NCBI GenBank assembly: GCA_963755915.1
Contig: CAVWLP010000002.1
Coordinates: 4,256,001-4,320,000 of the forward strand
Length of the DNA: 64,000 bases
Source: an uncultured Phycisphaerales bacterium
GTDB taxonomy: Bacteria; Planctomycetota; Phycisphaerae; Tepidisphaerales; Tepidisphaeraceae
Reading direction: 5' to 3'
The notes below the pieces were generated by a model that made no database searches, was not told the DNA's origin, and was given only the letters and a program-made list of their open reading frames with translations. This document shows, in pieces, positions 22,235 through 34,275 of the stretch (position 1 is its first letter; every line of letters starts with the position of its first letter). Made by a program: the position numbers and the translations under genes.

Positions 22235-23194
22235 TCATGGCAGAAAATCGTGGTTCCATTGCGGAGAGATTTGCCCCCACACAGCGTTGTCGTATCTCCC
22301 AGCGGCGATGTTTGGATTGGCGATATTGTATAGGACCAGTAGCTTCTGAGGCTTCCAGGCAACGTGCCCGTCGGCATACAAAAGATTCGCTCCGCCACGG
22401 TGAATGACTCCCGGCGCCTCTTCTGGATTGCAGGGGTCGAGGTTCATGTTGTAGCCATCTCCGCCGGTGATCGCCGCATTATTATCGCCGATGACGATCA
22501 CCTCCGAGGCATGGTGAACCTGCGACGCCTTTAGCTCTGATGAGATAATGGAGCAACTACCAAGGTGTGAATTGCTTCCAGGACTTGTTGGGGAATTCCA
22601 CAGGTCTGCGCCAAATCCGCGACACAAAAATACTCCCGATTGGGGCCATGGTATGGAGTTGGCCGTTGCCTGCCAGGCAGTACCCAAATTATTGAAATCC
22701 CATGATCCCCAATCGTTATACCCGTAAGACCACCTGCGGCCTAGTTCGGTGAGTAGATACTCGCCAGGGCGATACCCAGAGCCGGAATCACAATCCTCAG
22801 CAATATATGGGGCGCCTGGACCCGGAGTATAGGTCGGAGGGAGGGTCGTCCATTGATAGCTCGAATCCTCCGACGGACAATAGAAGACGTTCTGAACGCC
22901 CGGTTGGTTGCCCATGTACATCCGCAACCGCGTAGGCCACACGGCGAAGTGTGGCGCACCGGTGGACGGGTTATCAGAAGCCCCTTGCCATCGGCACCCA
23001 GGATAGTACGCCGTGTCATCGATGTACATCGTCATCGCAAGGCCCATCTGCCGCAGATTCGAAGCGCACTGCACTTCCTGGGCCTGCTTTCGAGCCTTGT
23101 TCAGCGCGGGAAGGAGCATCGCGATCAGGATCGCAATGATGCCGATCACCACAAGGAGTTCCACGAGGGTAAATGCTCTATTCCGCTTTGCCAT
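22235..23194 (-). CDS. DUF1559-type prepilin protein
   Basis: [48 protein letters not shown]9-DG motif [13 protein letters not shown]. Confidence 0.92.
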   Translation of the reverse strand: MAKRNRAFTLVELLVVIGIIAILIAMLLPALNKARKQAQEVQCASNLRQMGLAMTMYIDDTAYYPGCRWQGASDNPSTGAPHFAVWPTRLRMYMGNQPGVQNVFYCPSEDSSYQWTTLPPTYTPGPGAPYIAEDCDSGSGYRPGEYLLTELGRRWSYGYNDWGSWDFNNLGTAWQATANSIPWPQSGVFLCRGFGADLWNSPTSPGSNSHLGSCSIISSELKASQVHHASEVIVIGDNNAAITGGDGYNMNLDPCNPEEAPGVIHRGGANLLYADGHVAWKPQKLLVLYNIANPNIAAGRYDNAVWGQISPQWNHDFLP

Positions 23195-23227
23195 CTATCA
23201 CCTCGTCTTTGCGCCAAAGCAGCGCAC

Positions 23228-26200
23228 TCATGCTTTGCGACGCCGACGCATCGCCACCAGCCCGCTAACCGCGAGCAGACCGATCGATGCCGGCTCCGGC
23301 ACCGCAGTAATCGTAGGCACGGGCAACCCGTTGGCGACGGCAAATGCATCCAACGCCTGGATATCTGCCGGCGTAATGGACGCATCCGCGCCGCTGTCGC
23401 CCTGGCCGAAGTTGGCGGCCAAGGCGCTGAAGTCAGATCCGTTCACAGAGCTGCCATAAAGGAAGTTCCCCTGGTCCCAGTTGGTCACGCCCAGGCCGAA
23501 ATTCGCGGCCAGGATTGAGAAGTCGGACCCGTTGACGGTGCCGTCGAGGTTGGCATCGCCAAGCAGCGTGTACTTGAGATCGATCTGGCCGCTGGAGAGC
23601 CCAGCCACGTCATGCACGCCGTCATCTCCGTCCGCAAAGCCGACGCCGTAGTGCAGACCATTGGTCGTCGTTTGGGCATTGCTGGAAATGATCCCAAGTC
23701 CGTTCCACGTGCCGTTGTTGAAACCGCTTTGCAGATAGCTGTAGATCGTGGAGATCGGGTCACTGCCGCTGCCATAATTAATGGTGACATGGTTATTGGT
23801 AATATCGAAGGTGGAATTAGCGGCCACGACAAGTGAATCCTGGCTGCTCCCGCCGGTGTTTATGCCAAGCTGGAGGGTTGCCGCCCCGCCGGTGCCCACG
23901 CTCAGCGTGCCGGTGCCGCTGATGTTTCCTGAAACGCTGTTGGCGTTAACCATGAAGTTGGCGTTGTTGACGACCGTGCTTCCCGAAGGCAGTGAGCCGG
24001 GCGTCGAGATGATCAGTGTGCTGCCGTTGAGGACCTTCGTCGCTCCGGTGTAGGTGTTTAGAGGCGAATGCGATCCGGGCGTGCCAAGCTGCACGGTTCC
24101 CGTGCCGGTGATGGTCAGGCCACCGTCAGGAGTGGCGCCCAGCGCGGAATTGTGGGTCAGTGCGGAATTGATGTTGATGTCGCCACCATTGGGATTGATG
24201 ATCGCCCCGCCCGCGGAGACGATACTGGTAACCTTCGCGCCAACGAAGTTGTTGTTCACGTTGCCAGATGTGGTGCTGAGCGTGCCGCCGTTGTAGTAAA
24301 TGTCGGCCGCGCCGCTTCCGCCGCCCTCACCAAGCACACCGTTCTGGGCGGTGAATCCCGTGCCGATCAGCAAACCGCCATTGAGGTTGATCGTTCCAGT
24401 AACGGTGTTGGCGTTGGCGAGGATGACCGCACCGAGGCTGACGGTGCCGCCGTAGATGTTGACCGCGGCCGTTCCGCCGCCGTTTTCACCGATGAGTGTT
24501 TGGCCGGCAGTGAGGCTTCCGCCGTAGACGTTGATAATGCCGGTCGGGTTGCTGCCGTCGCCGCTGATGTCGAAGTAGTTGGTGCCTGCGCCTGGGGCAA
24601 AATTGTTATCAGTGACAGACCCATCGTAAATGTTGAGCGTGCCGTTAGAGTTGCCGCCATTGCCTCGGCCGACCGCGAGCCAGTTGTTTACGGTGAGGGA
24701 AGGAGCTGCATTGACAGGGTCCGTGGGACTGCCGACGTTGACGATGCCCGTACTGCCGCTGTCGCCGACGAACATCTGCGTATTATCGAGTGTAACAACG
24801 CCGGTGTTTTCGACAGTAAACGTGTTGGTGAGGGTACTGCTTTCGCCGACCGAGACAGGATTACCGCCGCTGTTCTGCGTGAAAGTTCCACCAGAGATGG
24901 TGACGGTTCCCTGGCCGCTTTCGCGACCGACGACGAACCAGTTGCCGATATTCACGGTGCCGCCGGTCTGGTTCCAAACGCCAATGCCTGGGTTGCCGCT
25001 GTTGGAGCCTTCGCCGACATAAATTTCGCCGTTTTTGTCCGTGAAGCTACCAGCGCTGAGGTTGTATGTACCCACGGGGCTGCCACCACCTGCGTTGCGG
25101 CCGTCACCAAGGACAAAGCTGAAGTTGCCGTTGCGGTCGATCGTAATGGACCCACCAGACTGATTGATGGTTCCCGTACTGTCGCTGTTAACACCCAGCT
25201 CCGTGAGCTGGTTCCCGTTGGCGTTGGTGTAGCTGCCGTTGCCACTGATGTTCAGCACTCCCACGCCGCCAGCGCTCTTGCCCAGGTAGGTATTACCGTT
25301 CGTGGTGAGGCTGCCGTTGCCGCTAATGTTGATCGTGCACGTTGTATTGGCATTGTCGGAGATGTTGAAGTCATTATTGCTCGTCTCGTCGATCGCACCA
25401 GTGCCGGTAATGTTGACTATCGCCTCATCGGGACCACCCAAGGTGCCCGTGCTGTCTTCGCCGAAGCTGTTGTAGGAGTTGCCGGTCAGTGTAAGAGTTC
25501 CGGTGACATTAACGGTTGGACTGCGAAGGCGAAGACTTCCCATGGAAAGATCTCCGCTGACGTTGATCACGCCGCCGGTAACTCCGCCGCCCTCTGGGCT
25601 CGCCGACCATCCATCCCAGAAGGAGGTGCCGCCCAATGTATCGGTTCCGGAGATGTTCAAAGTGCCGGCGCCGCTGCCGCTGAGGGACCCACCGGTATCG
25701 CTTGCCCCTCCCACGTTCTGGCTGATGGTGAACGTCTCGTTCGGGTCGACGTCGATGCCGCCGTTGAAGGTGGAGTAATTGACATTGAGAGAGCCGAAGC
25801 TGGTTAAGACCCCAGCCACTGGGTGGAAGGTGCCCCCGTCCATTAGAATGTTGCCTGTCGCCCCGCCGATCTCATTGATGGCAGTGACATTCAATTCAAC
25901 GTTGACGCCAATCCCAATCGTTCCGCCCGCAGCGGCGTATGCCGTGTTATCGGCCGTCAATTCGGCATAACCGGCTGTATCGCCGGAGAATTGCAGCAGC
26001 GCGGACGACGGTGTTATATCCGGGCCGATCGAAAGGCTGCTCGCGATCACAATTGTGGAAGTATTCGCGACCACCTGCGCGTCGTTGGAGTCGATCACGA
26101 ACGGGCCGTTAAAGGTCACGGTCTGGCCTACGCCGTCATTCTGGCTGATGATGGCGCCGGGATTGTCGCTGTAATTCGGATCCGTGTAGTCATTGCGCGT

Positions 26201-26981
26201 GATTAGAATTGGATTGCTGATGGTCAGGCTCGAAGGGGCGGTGGTGTTGTTGCCTCCGATTGCGAGGCAACCCAAAGTGCCAATGCTGACAGTTCCCGAG
26301 CCCAGCGCCGCCCGCATCATCGGTGACGATTCCGTCGAGGATGTTCGTGCCACCGCTGTAAGTGTTGGCGGCATTCAGGACGAATGTGCCGTAGGATGAG
26401 TAAGCCGAGTTGTAATTCGCGTTGTTGATGGTAAGCGTAGCCGAACCGCCGGTTTCTACCATTGAATTATCAATTGATAACTCGGGTTCAGGGCCCCCCG
26501 TGTCATTCACTGAAATAATGTGATTGCCGGCGGTCAGAAGCATCGCGTTGCTTAATTGAACGACCAATTCACCCTCGGCAGTCGCCTTTACCAGGTTCCC
26601 CGCGAGAGTGAGCGTTTGCCCCCCGGACACGCCCTGGTCGTAAATGCCATAGACCCCATTATCGGCGGACTCGCCGAGGATAATGTTCTGGGCGGTGATG
26701 TTTGCATTGAGCGAAACGGAATAATTGGGCGGGCTGCCGACGACCGTCGTGTTGGCTGGATTTCCGAACACGGCGGAGTCGCCATTTGTCCAGGTTGTGG
26801 CGCTCGCTCCGTTGTACCAAAGCGATGAGCTTGTATCCCAGTTGCCCGAGCCATCGGTTGGTGGAACCTGGCCGCTCGCGTCCCACGTTAGGGTCTGTGC
26901 ATGAGCCATGTGCGCGGCCCCAAACAGGACACCCGCAACCGCCGCTGAAAGACGCGCATAGCGCAGATAATTCCGCTTCAT
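23228..26981 (-). CDS. Large PEP-CTERM beta-helical repeat protein with dockerin-like module; frameshift at ~26306
   Basis: RBS aggagagg and signal peptide MKRNY...AHAQ; G..G.G..NQSGG repeats; YTLLGDANLDG module; VPEP...RRRRKA. Confidence 0.88.
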
Positions 26982-27644
26982 ATTTCCTCTCCTGGAATGC
27001 GTTTCCGCTCGAATTGAAAAAGTCCCGAATTGATTTTCATCGCTCAGCCTCTCCACTGCTGGAAGAGAAGAACGGTTTCACGATCTATTTGATGCCGACA
27101 TGAGAACCCTGCGAAAGGCAATGCAACTTATTTACCGGCCGCTGTGTGGTCTGCCTTGACCAGAGATGTACGACCTGGAACTCCGCCGGTTTGATCGCAG
27201 CGCCGATTGGAAGCATGCCTTCCTCCGCTTTAGCCAGCTACGCCCGATTCCATATTAGGCCTCGCGGCCGTGGCTGGCTGGGCTGATCCTCGTCGTGGTA
27301 GAGTATCAACTACTGATGCTTTTGCAAGTACATTTTTAATTCTTTTATTGGTCATTGATCCAACGCGGCCTACTCATCGAACATCATCCCACTTGGCGGA
27401 GAGATAGATCTGTGGAATGCTCTCGCCCCTTTCAACTACAGCGCAAATGACTGTCATCAATCGATTTGGAGAATATTTCGTGTTCACAAAATCGGCCGCT
27501 TAAGGGAACCGGATTTTTGCCGCAAAAACGTGTAGAATGGGGGTGATCCCTCGGAATTCGGGCTCAGCACACAAGCACTTAAGTCGTTTGATTGACGTAA
27601 CATTGCCAAAATGCACATGATTGAACAGGCGAATTGTAATAACT

Positions 27645-27673
27645 TTGACTCATCATTGACTTGTTGTTATAAT
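27645..27673 (+). promoter_or_regulatory. Sigma70-type promoter of the GntR-SSS-GH38 operon
   Basis: TTGACT-N17-TATAAT with extended -10 TG, about 30 nt before ATG 27703. Confidence 0.75.
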
Positions 27674-27702
27674 CCCCGCCCGTAGGGTTCACAGGAAACG
27701 CG

Positions 27703-28863
27703 ATGCGTCAACAGGTACAGAAAACCGCGGCGCCCACATCCAAGTCGGCGGACGGGAACGATCGAAGGCCGCGCCACAGGCAGGTCTTCGAAACAATTCT
27801 CGGAGATATCGCCGCCGGACTCTTCCAGCCAGGCGATCGCCTCCCCACCGAAGCAGAACTCGCCAAGACTTTTTCCGCCTCCCGAACGACAATCGCCCGC
27901 GCCATGCGCAACCTCAAGAGCAAAGGCCTCGTCAGCCGACAACGCGGCGCAGGAACTCATCTGGCTATGCGAGAACAAAAACGCGTCGCCCTCTTCGCAC
28001 CCTTCACTCAAAGCCCTTCCGATCTCGGTTTTATCGGTGGGCAGATTCACGTCCATCTCCAGGAGCTCGCCGCCCAGCGCGGTGATCATCTCCGCCTGCA
28101 GATCATCGGCCGCACCGGTGGCAACCGCCTCGAACAAATGATGACCGCCACCCGCGCCCTCATCGAGCAAGGCGTTGCCGGTGTCTTCTATTATCCCGTC
28201 GAACTCCCCAAGGACGAAGCCCACTACAATCAAGCCGTCGTCGACAAGCTCGAATCCGCCGGCATCGCCGTCATCTGTGTCGACCGCGACATCGTCGCTT
28301 TCCCGGATCGAAGCAAGCTGCCGCTGGTAACCTATGACAATCGCCGCGGCGGATATCTCGTCACCCATCACCTCATCCAGCAGGGCTGCAAGCGCATCGC
28401 ATTCATCGGCTCCCCGTTCGTCTCCAGCGCCGCGTCCGATCGTCTGCGCGGCTACTGCGACGCCCTGGAAGACAACGGCCTGACCGTCGATAAAACTCTG
28501 ATCCGCCCTGCTACCCTCGACGATCTCGACGCATCCTTCGCCCAGGCCCTGGTCAACGATTGCAAGGTCGACGCCGTCGTATGCAAGATGGATCACTACG
28601 CCGCACTCGTCGGACGCCATCTCATGGGCATGGGGCTGACGATCGGCAAAGACATTCTATTGGCGGGTTTTGACGACGATCCCCTCGCCGGTCTGCTTCC
28701 CGTTCCGCTCACCACCATTCGATTCATCGCTGACCCGTTTGCCAAGCTCTGTTACGAACGGCTGATGGCGCAAATGGCCGAGCCGTCCGAACCCCTGCCG
28801 GCAGTCACGATGGTCGACGTGGAACTGATCGTTCGCGAATCGACGGCGGGCGCTGGCGTCTGA
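27703..28863 (+). CDS. GntR-family regulator with LacI-type sugar-binding domain (AraR-like architecture)
   Basis: PGDRLPTEAELAKTFSASRTTIARA; DNRRGG..VTHHLI..GCKRIAFI; GFDD; PLTTI. Confidence 0.9.
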   Translation: MRQQVQKTAAPTSKSADGNDRRPRHRQVFETILGDIAAGLFQPGDRLPTEAELAKTFSASRTTIARAMRNLKSKGLVSRQRGAGTHLAMREQKRVALFAPFTQSPSDLGFIGGQIHVHLQELAAQRGDHLRLQIIGRTGGNRLEQMMTATRALIEQGVAGVFYYPVELPKDEAHYNQAVVDKLESAGIAVICVDRDIVAFPDRSKLPLVTYDNRRGGYLVTHHLIQQGCKRIAFIGSPFVSSAASDRLRGYCDALEDNGLTVDKTLIRPATLDDLDASFAQALVNDCKVDAVVCKMDHYAALVGRHLMGMGLTIGKDILLAGFDDDPLAGLLPVPLTTIRFIADPFAKLCYERLMAQMAEPSEPLPAVTMVDVELIVRESTAGAGV

Positions 28864-28957
28864 GTGTCGCCCATCCCGAGGCGGTCGTGCGGCGGAAAAA
28901 AAACTGGCTGGTGGGTCCGGACAAGTCAAAGTTCGCGCGGCCCCGAGGAAACCATTC

Positions 28958-30976
28958 ATGCGTCATCTGTCGACCATCGACCTGACCATCATCGTCGGGT
29001 ACTTCGTGGTGACGCTCTCCGTCGGCCTGGCCATGTCGCGCCGCGCCAGCTCCAGCCTCAACGATTATTTCCTCGGTGGACGTTCACTCCCCTGGTATCT
29101 CCTCGGCATCGCCGGCATGACCAACTGGTTCGATCTGACCGGCACCATGATCATCACCTCCTTCCTCTACCTCCTCGGACCGCGCGGTTTGTTCATCGAA
29201 TTCCGCGGCGGCGCCGTCCTCATGCTCGCCTTTCTCATCGCTTACACCGGCAAATGGCACCGCCGCAGCCGCTGCATGACCGGCGCCGAATGGATGTCCT
29301 ACCGCTTTGGCAAAACCAGATCTGCCGAGGCCTTCCGTGTCGTGCAGGCGGCCGTCAGCATCGTCGCCTCCATCATGATGCTCGCCTATCTCGTCCGCGG
29401 CGCCAGCCTCTTTCTGGGAATGCTTTTCCCCTTCCCGCCGATGTATTCCACCCTGGTCCTCCTGATGATCACCTCCCTCTACACCGTCAGCGCCGGATTC
29501 TACGGCGTCGTTCTGACGGATCTCGTGCAGGGCCTGATCGTCATGTGCGCCTGCGTGATCGTGGCCGTCATCGCGTTTCACATGGTCCCCAGTTCCGCCG
29601 ATCTCTCCGCCACGGCCATGGCCGTCACCCACAACCCCGACTGGACCGCCTCCACCCCCGCGCTTCACGTCTTTATGCCGGAAGACTACGCCCAATACCG
29701 CCTCCTCGTCCGCGCCATGCTCTTCTATCTGATCTGCCAGGTCCTCTACGGCATGGGCAGCGGCTCTGAAACGCGATACTTCGCCGCCCGCTCCGACCGC
29801 GATTGCGGCCTCCAATCCGCCCTGCAGGGAATCACCGTCGCCTTCCGCTGGCCGATGATGATCAGCTTCGCCGTCATGGGCATCTATCTCGTCCACACCG
29901 CCTACCCCGACGCAACCGTAACCCAAAAAGCCGCCGACCTGATTCACCACGCCTATCCCGACCTTCAGCCCGCCTATTGGAGCGATCGCACCAATCGCAT
30001 CATCAACGTCCCCGATGAATATCCCAACGTCGTCCCAGGCCTGAAAAAGATTCTCGGAGAAAACTGGGCGACAAAGCTCCCGCTGGTTGGCTACCACGGA
30101 ACCATCAACCCCGAGCAGATCCTCCCCGCCGTCCTCCTGGGCACAATTCCCTCCGGCCTGCGCGGCATCCTGCTCGTCGCAATGATCTCCGCCATGATGT
30201 CCTCGAAGAACTCGACGGTGAACAGTGCCAGCGCCTTCTTCGTCCGCGATATCTATCAGAATGTCCTTCGTCCCCGCGCCAAGCACTTCGAGCTGATGGC
30301 CACCTCCTATATCGCAACCCTCGGCATCGTGGCCGCCGGATTCTATTTCGGCGTCGCCGCCGGCAGCATTAACGATCTCTGGGGCTGGATCATCATGAGC
30401 TTCAACGCCGGCGCACTCGCCCCCGGACTCCTCCGCCTCTACTGGTGGCGCTGCAACGCCTGGGGAATGTTCGGCGGCCTCGCACTCGGCGGCATCGGCG
30501 CCGTCGCCCAGCGCTTCTACGCACCCACCATGCCCGAATGGGAATCCTTCATCATCATGACCTCCCTCTCATTCATCGGCACCATCGGCATCTCTTTGCT
30601 CACCGCCCCAACTCCCACTCCCGTCCTGCAAAACTTTTTCCGCACCACCCGCCCCTTCGGCGCCTGGGGATGGCTGATGCGCGAACTTCCCGGCGACGAG
30701 CAAAAAGCCCTCCGCAAAGAACATCGCAACGACATGCTTACCGTTCCGTTCGCCATGCTCGCGCAAATTACCCTTTTCCTTATGCCGATGCAGATTCTAG
30801 TGAAAACCTATGGCACCTTCTTCCGAACGCTCCCGCTATTCCTCGTCGGCGCTGTGGGCCTTTACATTTTCTGGTGGCGCGTCCTGCCACCCGCCGAACC
30901 AGGCCCGGCACCGAATCAGACTCCCAGGATTTACCAGAGGCCGCGGTGGCAGGAACCGTCGAACTTCATCGAGTAG
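28958..30976 (+). CDS. Sodium:solute symporter family transporter
   Basis: DYFLGGRSLPW, GVVLTDLVQG, GLRGILLVAMISAMMSS, RDIY; many transmembrane segments. Confidence 0.9.
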   Translation: MRHLSTIDLTIIVGYFVVTLSVGLAMSRRASSSLNDYFLGGRSLPWYLLGIAGMTNWFDLTGTMIITSFLYLLGPRGLFIEFRGGAVLMLAFLIAYTGKWHRRSRCMTGAEWMSYRFGKTRSAEAFRVVQAAVSIVASIMMLAYLVRGASLFLGMLFPFPPMYSTLVLLMITSLYTVSAGFYGVVLTDLVQGLIVMCACVIVAVIAFHMVPSSADLSATAMAVTHNPDWTASTPALHVFMPEDYAQYRLLVRAMLFYLICQVLYGMGSGSETRYFAARSDRDCGLQSALQGITVAFRWPMMISFAVMGIYLVHTAYPDATVTQKAADLIHHAYPDLQPAYWSDRTNRIINVPDEYPNVVPGLKKILGENWATKLPLVGYHGTINPEQILPAVLLGTIPSGLRGILLVAMISAMMSSKNSTVNSASAFFVRDIYQNVLRPRAKHFELMATSYIATLGIVAAGFYFGVAAGSINDLWGWIIMSFNAGALAPGLLRLYWWRCNAWGMFGGLALGGIGAVAQRFYAPTMPEWESFIIMTSLSFIGTIGISLLTAPTPTPVLQNFFRTTRPFGAWGWLMRELPGDEQKALRKEHRNDMLTVPFAMLAQITLFLMPMQILVKTYGTFFRTLPLFLVGAVGLYIFWWRVLPPAEPGPAPNQTPRIYQRPRWQEPSNFIE

Positions 30977-31009
30977 GTTAATTGTTGTATTTCAAAAGTG
31001 ACGTAAATC

Positions 31010-34009
31010 ATGCAGCGACATCCCGACTACACTCAAACGCGCATTCGCCAGGTCGTCCGCCAGATCGGCGCTCGAATCTATGACGAAACCAAACCGATTT
31101 CGGATTTGCACGTCGCCGGCCCGACCGATCGCATCAGCTTTGCCGCCGCGCAAGAGCTGAAACATTTCCGCCCCGCAAAACTCGGCGACCAGTTCGGCCC
31201 CCATTGGGCAACCTTCTGGTTCCGCGCCAACCTCGAAATCCCCAAGGCCTGGAAAGGCAGCCGCGTCGACCTCCTCTGGGACAGCCAATCCGAAGCTACC
31301 CTCTGGATGAACGGCAAAAGCGTTCAGGGCCTGAACATGACCCACGGCGACCGCCCCGACGCCATCCTCCTCGACAACGCCCGCGGCGGCGAATCAATCC
31401 CCCTGCAAATCGAAATGGCCTGCAACACGAAATTCGGCAGCGCCCCCTTCGTCGGCCCGCCGCGCCCCACGCCGCTCATCAGCCCGTTTTATCTAAAACG
31501 CTGCGAAATCGGCCGGTTCAATCCGCACGCCTGGGAGATCTATTTCGACGCCCTCACGCTCATTGGCCTCTACGACGAGCTCGCCCGCGACGGCGACATC
31601 TCCGAGAAAAACTGGGCCGGTTTCCTCCTCTCAGAACTAAACCGCTTCTGCAACGACTTCAACATCGACGACGAATCGACCTGGCCTGCCGCGCGAAACA
31701 TTCTTCGCCAGCTCTACGCCAACGCCAACGGCACCCGTCAGCTCGAAATCAGTTCCATCGGCCACGCCCACATCGACACCGCCTGGCTCTGGCCCCTTGC
31801 CGAAACCCACCGCAAGTGCGAGCGCACCTTCAGCACCGCCACAACCTACATGCGCGATTATCCCGAATATCGATTCGCCTGCTCCCAGGCTTACCAGTAT
31901 TCGATCATCAAAAACCGCAACCCCGATCTCTACCACCGCATCAGGCAGCGAATCGAATCCGGCCAGTGGATCGTCGTCGGCGGCACCTGGATCGAGCCCG
32001 ATTGCAATATCCCCTCCGGGGAATCCCTCTGCCGCCAATTCCTCTTCGGCCAGCGCTATTTCCAGCGCGAGTTCGGCGTCCGTTGCCGCGAATTCTGGAA
32101 CCCCGACGTCTTCGGCTACAACGGCCAGCTCCCGCAAATCATGCACCTCGCCGGCATCACCCGCTTCCTCACCCAGAAGCTTTCCTGGAACCGCTTCAAC
32201 AAGCCCCGCCACGGCACGTTCATCTGGCAGGGAATCGACGGCAGCGAGGTTCTCGCCCACTTCCCCCCCGCCGACACCTACAACGCCATGATGTCCGGCC
32301 CGGAAGGCAACGTCGCCTGGCTCCGCGCCAACGCCGCTCAATTCAAGGACCACGACCGCGCCCACCAGGGCGCCATGCTCTTCGGCTACGGCGACGGCGG
32401 CGGCGGACCCACCAAAGACATGCTCGAAACCCTCCGCCGCTGCACCGATTTGCAGGGTCTCCCGCGCTTCAAGCAGCGCTCCAGCGACGAGTTTTTCACG
32501 CTCATCGAAAAAGACCTCACCGATCCTCCCCTCCAGGTCGGCGAGCTTTATTTCGAATATCACCGCGGCACCTACACCTCGCAGGCCCTGGTCAAGCGCA
32601 ACAACCGCAAGGCGGAGAATCTGCTCCACGATCTCGAATTCCTCGCCACCGCTGTAGCGCCGGCTCCGGCCTATCCCCGCAAGCTGATCAACGAGCTTTG
32701 GGAAGTCCTCCTGCTCAACCAGTTCCACGACATCCTACCCGGCAGCTCGATCAGGGAAGTCTACGAAGACAGCGCCGAGCAATTTCGGAATCTCTTGGCT
32801 GCCGGCGAGCGATTGATCGAATCGATCGCCAAGCCCGGTAAATCGCTCGTTAACACGATTGGTTTCAGCCGCAAGGAAGTCTGCGAGCTCGACGGCAAAA
32901 TGCGCTTCGTTTCCGCTGGACCGTTCTCAACGGCGATCGCCACCAAACCTGTGGGCGTTCGCGCAACCGTCGCCCGCAGCGACGATGGCTTCGTCCTCAG
33001 CAACGACCGGCTCGTCGCCCGTTTGAGTTCCTCGGGAGCGCTCATAAGCCTCGTGCACCGCCCCACCGAGCGGGAAACGCTCGCCGGGCCCGGGAACATC
33101 TTCGAGCTTTACGACGACAAGCCCAACGATTTCGACGCCTGGGACGTCGACCCGTTCCACCTCGAAACCCTCGAAACGGCCAATGGCGCCCACTCGTCCT
33201 CCATCATCCGCGACGACCCTCTGCGGGTTGAAATCGCCTTCGACTATCGGATCGGCAAAAGCTCCACGCTCACGCAGATCGTCCGGCTCGACGTCGACTC
33301 GCCGCGACTGGAATTCCATTGCATCGTCACCTGGCAGGAAGACCAGAAATTCCTCAAGGTCGCCTTCCCGATCAACGTCCGTTCGATGGACGCCACCTAC
33401 GAAATGCAGTTCGGCAACGTCCAGCGCCCCACCCATTTCAACACGATTTACGACCTGGCAAAATTTGAAGTCCCGCTGCACAAATGGTTCGACTTTTCCG
33501 AGCACGGCTTCGGCTGCGCCATCCTCAGCGACTGCAAATACGGGGGCAGCACCTTCGGCAACACCATGCGGCTCTCGCTGCTCCGCGCCCCCCAAAGCCC
33601 CGACTCCACCTGCGATCGCGGCCAGCACCAGTTCGCCTGGGCCCTCATGCCCCACGCCCACGGCTGGCGCGAGGCGGGCGTGGTGGCCGAGGCCTTCCGG
33701 TTTAACTTCCCGCTGCGAACGCTTGGACATGCGCCGGCTGAGAGTTATGCGTCCGTGGACGATCCCAATCTGGTCATCGATTCCATCAAGCGGGCCGAGG
33801 ATTCGGATGCCGTCATCCTTCGCCTCTATGAATGCCACGGCGCCCGGGGCAGCGCAAAGCTTCAGCTTTCCGAGCGGTTCTCATCGGTTTCGCCCTGCAA
33901 CATCCTCGAAGAGCCGATCGGGCCTTCGGAGACGCTGATTGCGGGCCAGCCGCTGCGGATTTCTTATCAGCCGTACCGGATTATCTCCTTGAAACTGACG
34001 CCGGCGTGA
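31010..34009 (+). CDS. GH38 alpha-mannosidase (cytoplasmic)
   Basis: GHAHIDTAWLWP, PDVFGYNGQLPQI, TQKLSWN, GYGDGGGGPT, GELYFEYHRGTYTSQ, NQFHDILPGSSI. Confidence 0.95.
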   Translation: MQRHPDYTQTRIRQVVRQIGARIYDETKPISDLHVAGPTDRISFAAAQELKHFRPAKLGDQFGPHWATFWFRANLEIPKAWKGSRVDLLWDSQSEATLWMNGKSVQGLNMTHGDRPDAILLDNARGGESIPLQIEMACNTKFGSAPFVGPPRPTPLISPFYLKRCEIGRFNPHAWEIYFDALTLIGLYDELARDGDISEKNWAGFLLSELNRFCNDFNIDDESTWPAARNILRQLYANANGTRQLEISSIGHAHIDTAWLWPLAETHRKCERTFSTATTYMRDYPEYRFACSQAYQYSIIKNRNPDLYHRIRQRIESGQWIVVGGTWIEPDCNIPSGESLCRQFLFGQRYFQREFGVRCREFWNPDVFGYNGQLPQIMHLAGITRFLTQKLSWNRFNKPRHGTFIWQGIDGSEVLAHFPPADTYNAMMSGPEGNVAWLRANAAQFKDHDRAHQGAMLFGYGDGGGGPTKDMLETLRRCTDLQGLPRFKQRSSDEFFTLIEKDLTDPPLQVGELYFEYHRGTYTSQALVKRNNRKAENLLHDLEFLATAVAPAPAYPRKLINELWEVLLLNQFHDILPGSSIREVYEDSAEQFRNLLAAGERLIESIAKPGKSLVNTIGFSRKEVCELDGKMRFVSAGPFSTAIATKPVGVRATVARSDDGFVLSNDRLVARLSSSGALISLVHRPTERETLAGPGNIFELYDDKPNDFDAWDVDPFHLETLETANGAHSSSIIRDDPLRVEIAFDYRIGKSSTLTQIVRLDVDSPRLEFHCIVTWQEDQKFLKVAFPINVRSMDATYEMQFGNVQRPTHFNTIYDLAKFEVPLHKWFDFSEHGFGCAILSDCKYGGSTFGNTMRLSLLRAPQSPDSTCDRGQHQFAWALMPHAHGWREAGVVAEAFRFNFPLRTLGHAPAESYASVDDPNLVIDSIKRAEDSDAVILRLYECHGARGSAKLQLSERFSSVSPCNILEEPIGPSETLIAGQPLRISYQPYRIISLKLTPA

Positions 34010-34031
34010 TTGATTCAGGTGAACCGCACAC

Positions 34032-34177
34032 AATCTGACAGAATCTGACAGAATCGGACACTTTTGAAATATATTAGTGAGTGCTAGCTTAGCGCGCTGC
34101 CGTATGTGTTGGTGGGGAAGGAGGTTGGACGTGTTTCGGGGTGTGGACGGGTTTGGCGCTCGGAAAAGTGTCCGATT
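34032..34177. repeat. Three 10-bp tandem repeats plus a 14-bp perfect inverted repeat (MITE-like)
   Basis: aatctgacag x2 then aatcggacac; aatcggacactttt (34052-34065) is the exact reverse complement of aaaagtgtccgatt (34164-34177). Confidence 0.6.
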
Positions 34178-34275
34178 TGTTGGGAATTTGCGGTTTGGGG
34201 TGAGGCGAACCGATTTTTGGGCGGAAAGGCGGGCTATTTATGAGGACTTCTGTGGTTTAGGGTTGCTGATACCTT

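Noticed and set aside
19569-27660. GntR operator shared by 19569-19583 and 27647-27660 (atcatt core)
   Set aside because: The similarity is too short and not clearly palindromic.
34032-34061. CRISPR array or replication iterons
   Set aside because: Only three adjacent 10-bp units, with no spacers and no cas or rep gene.
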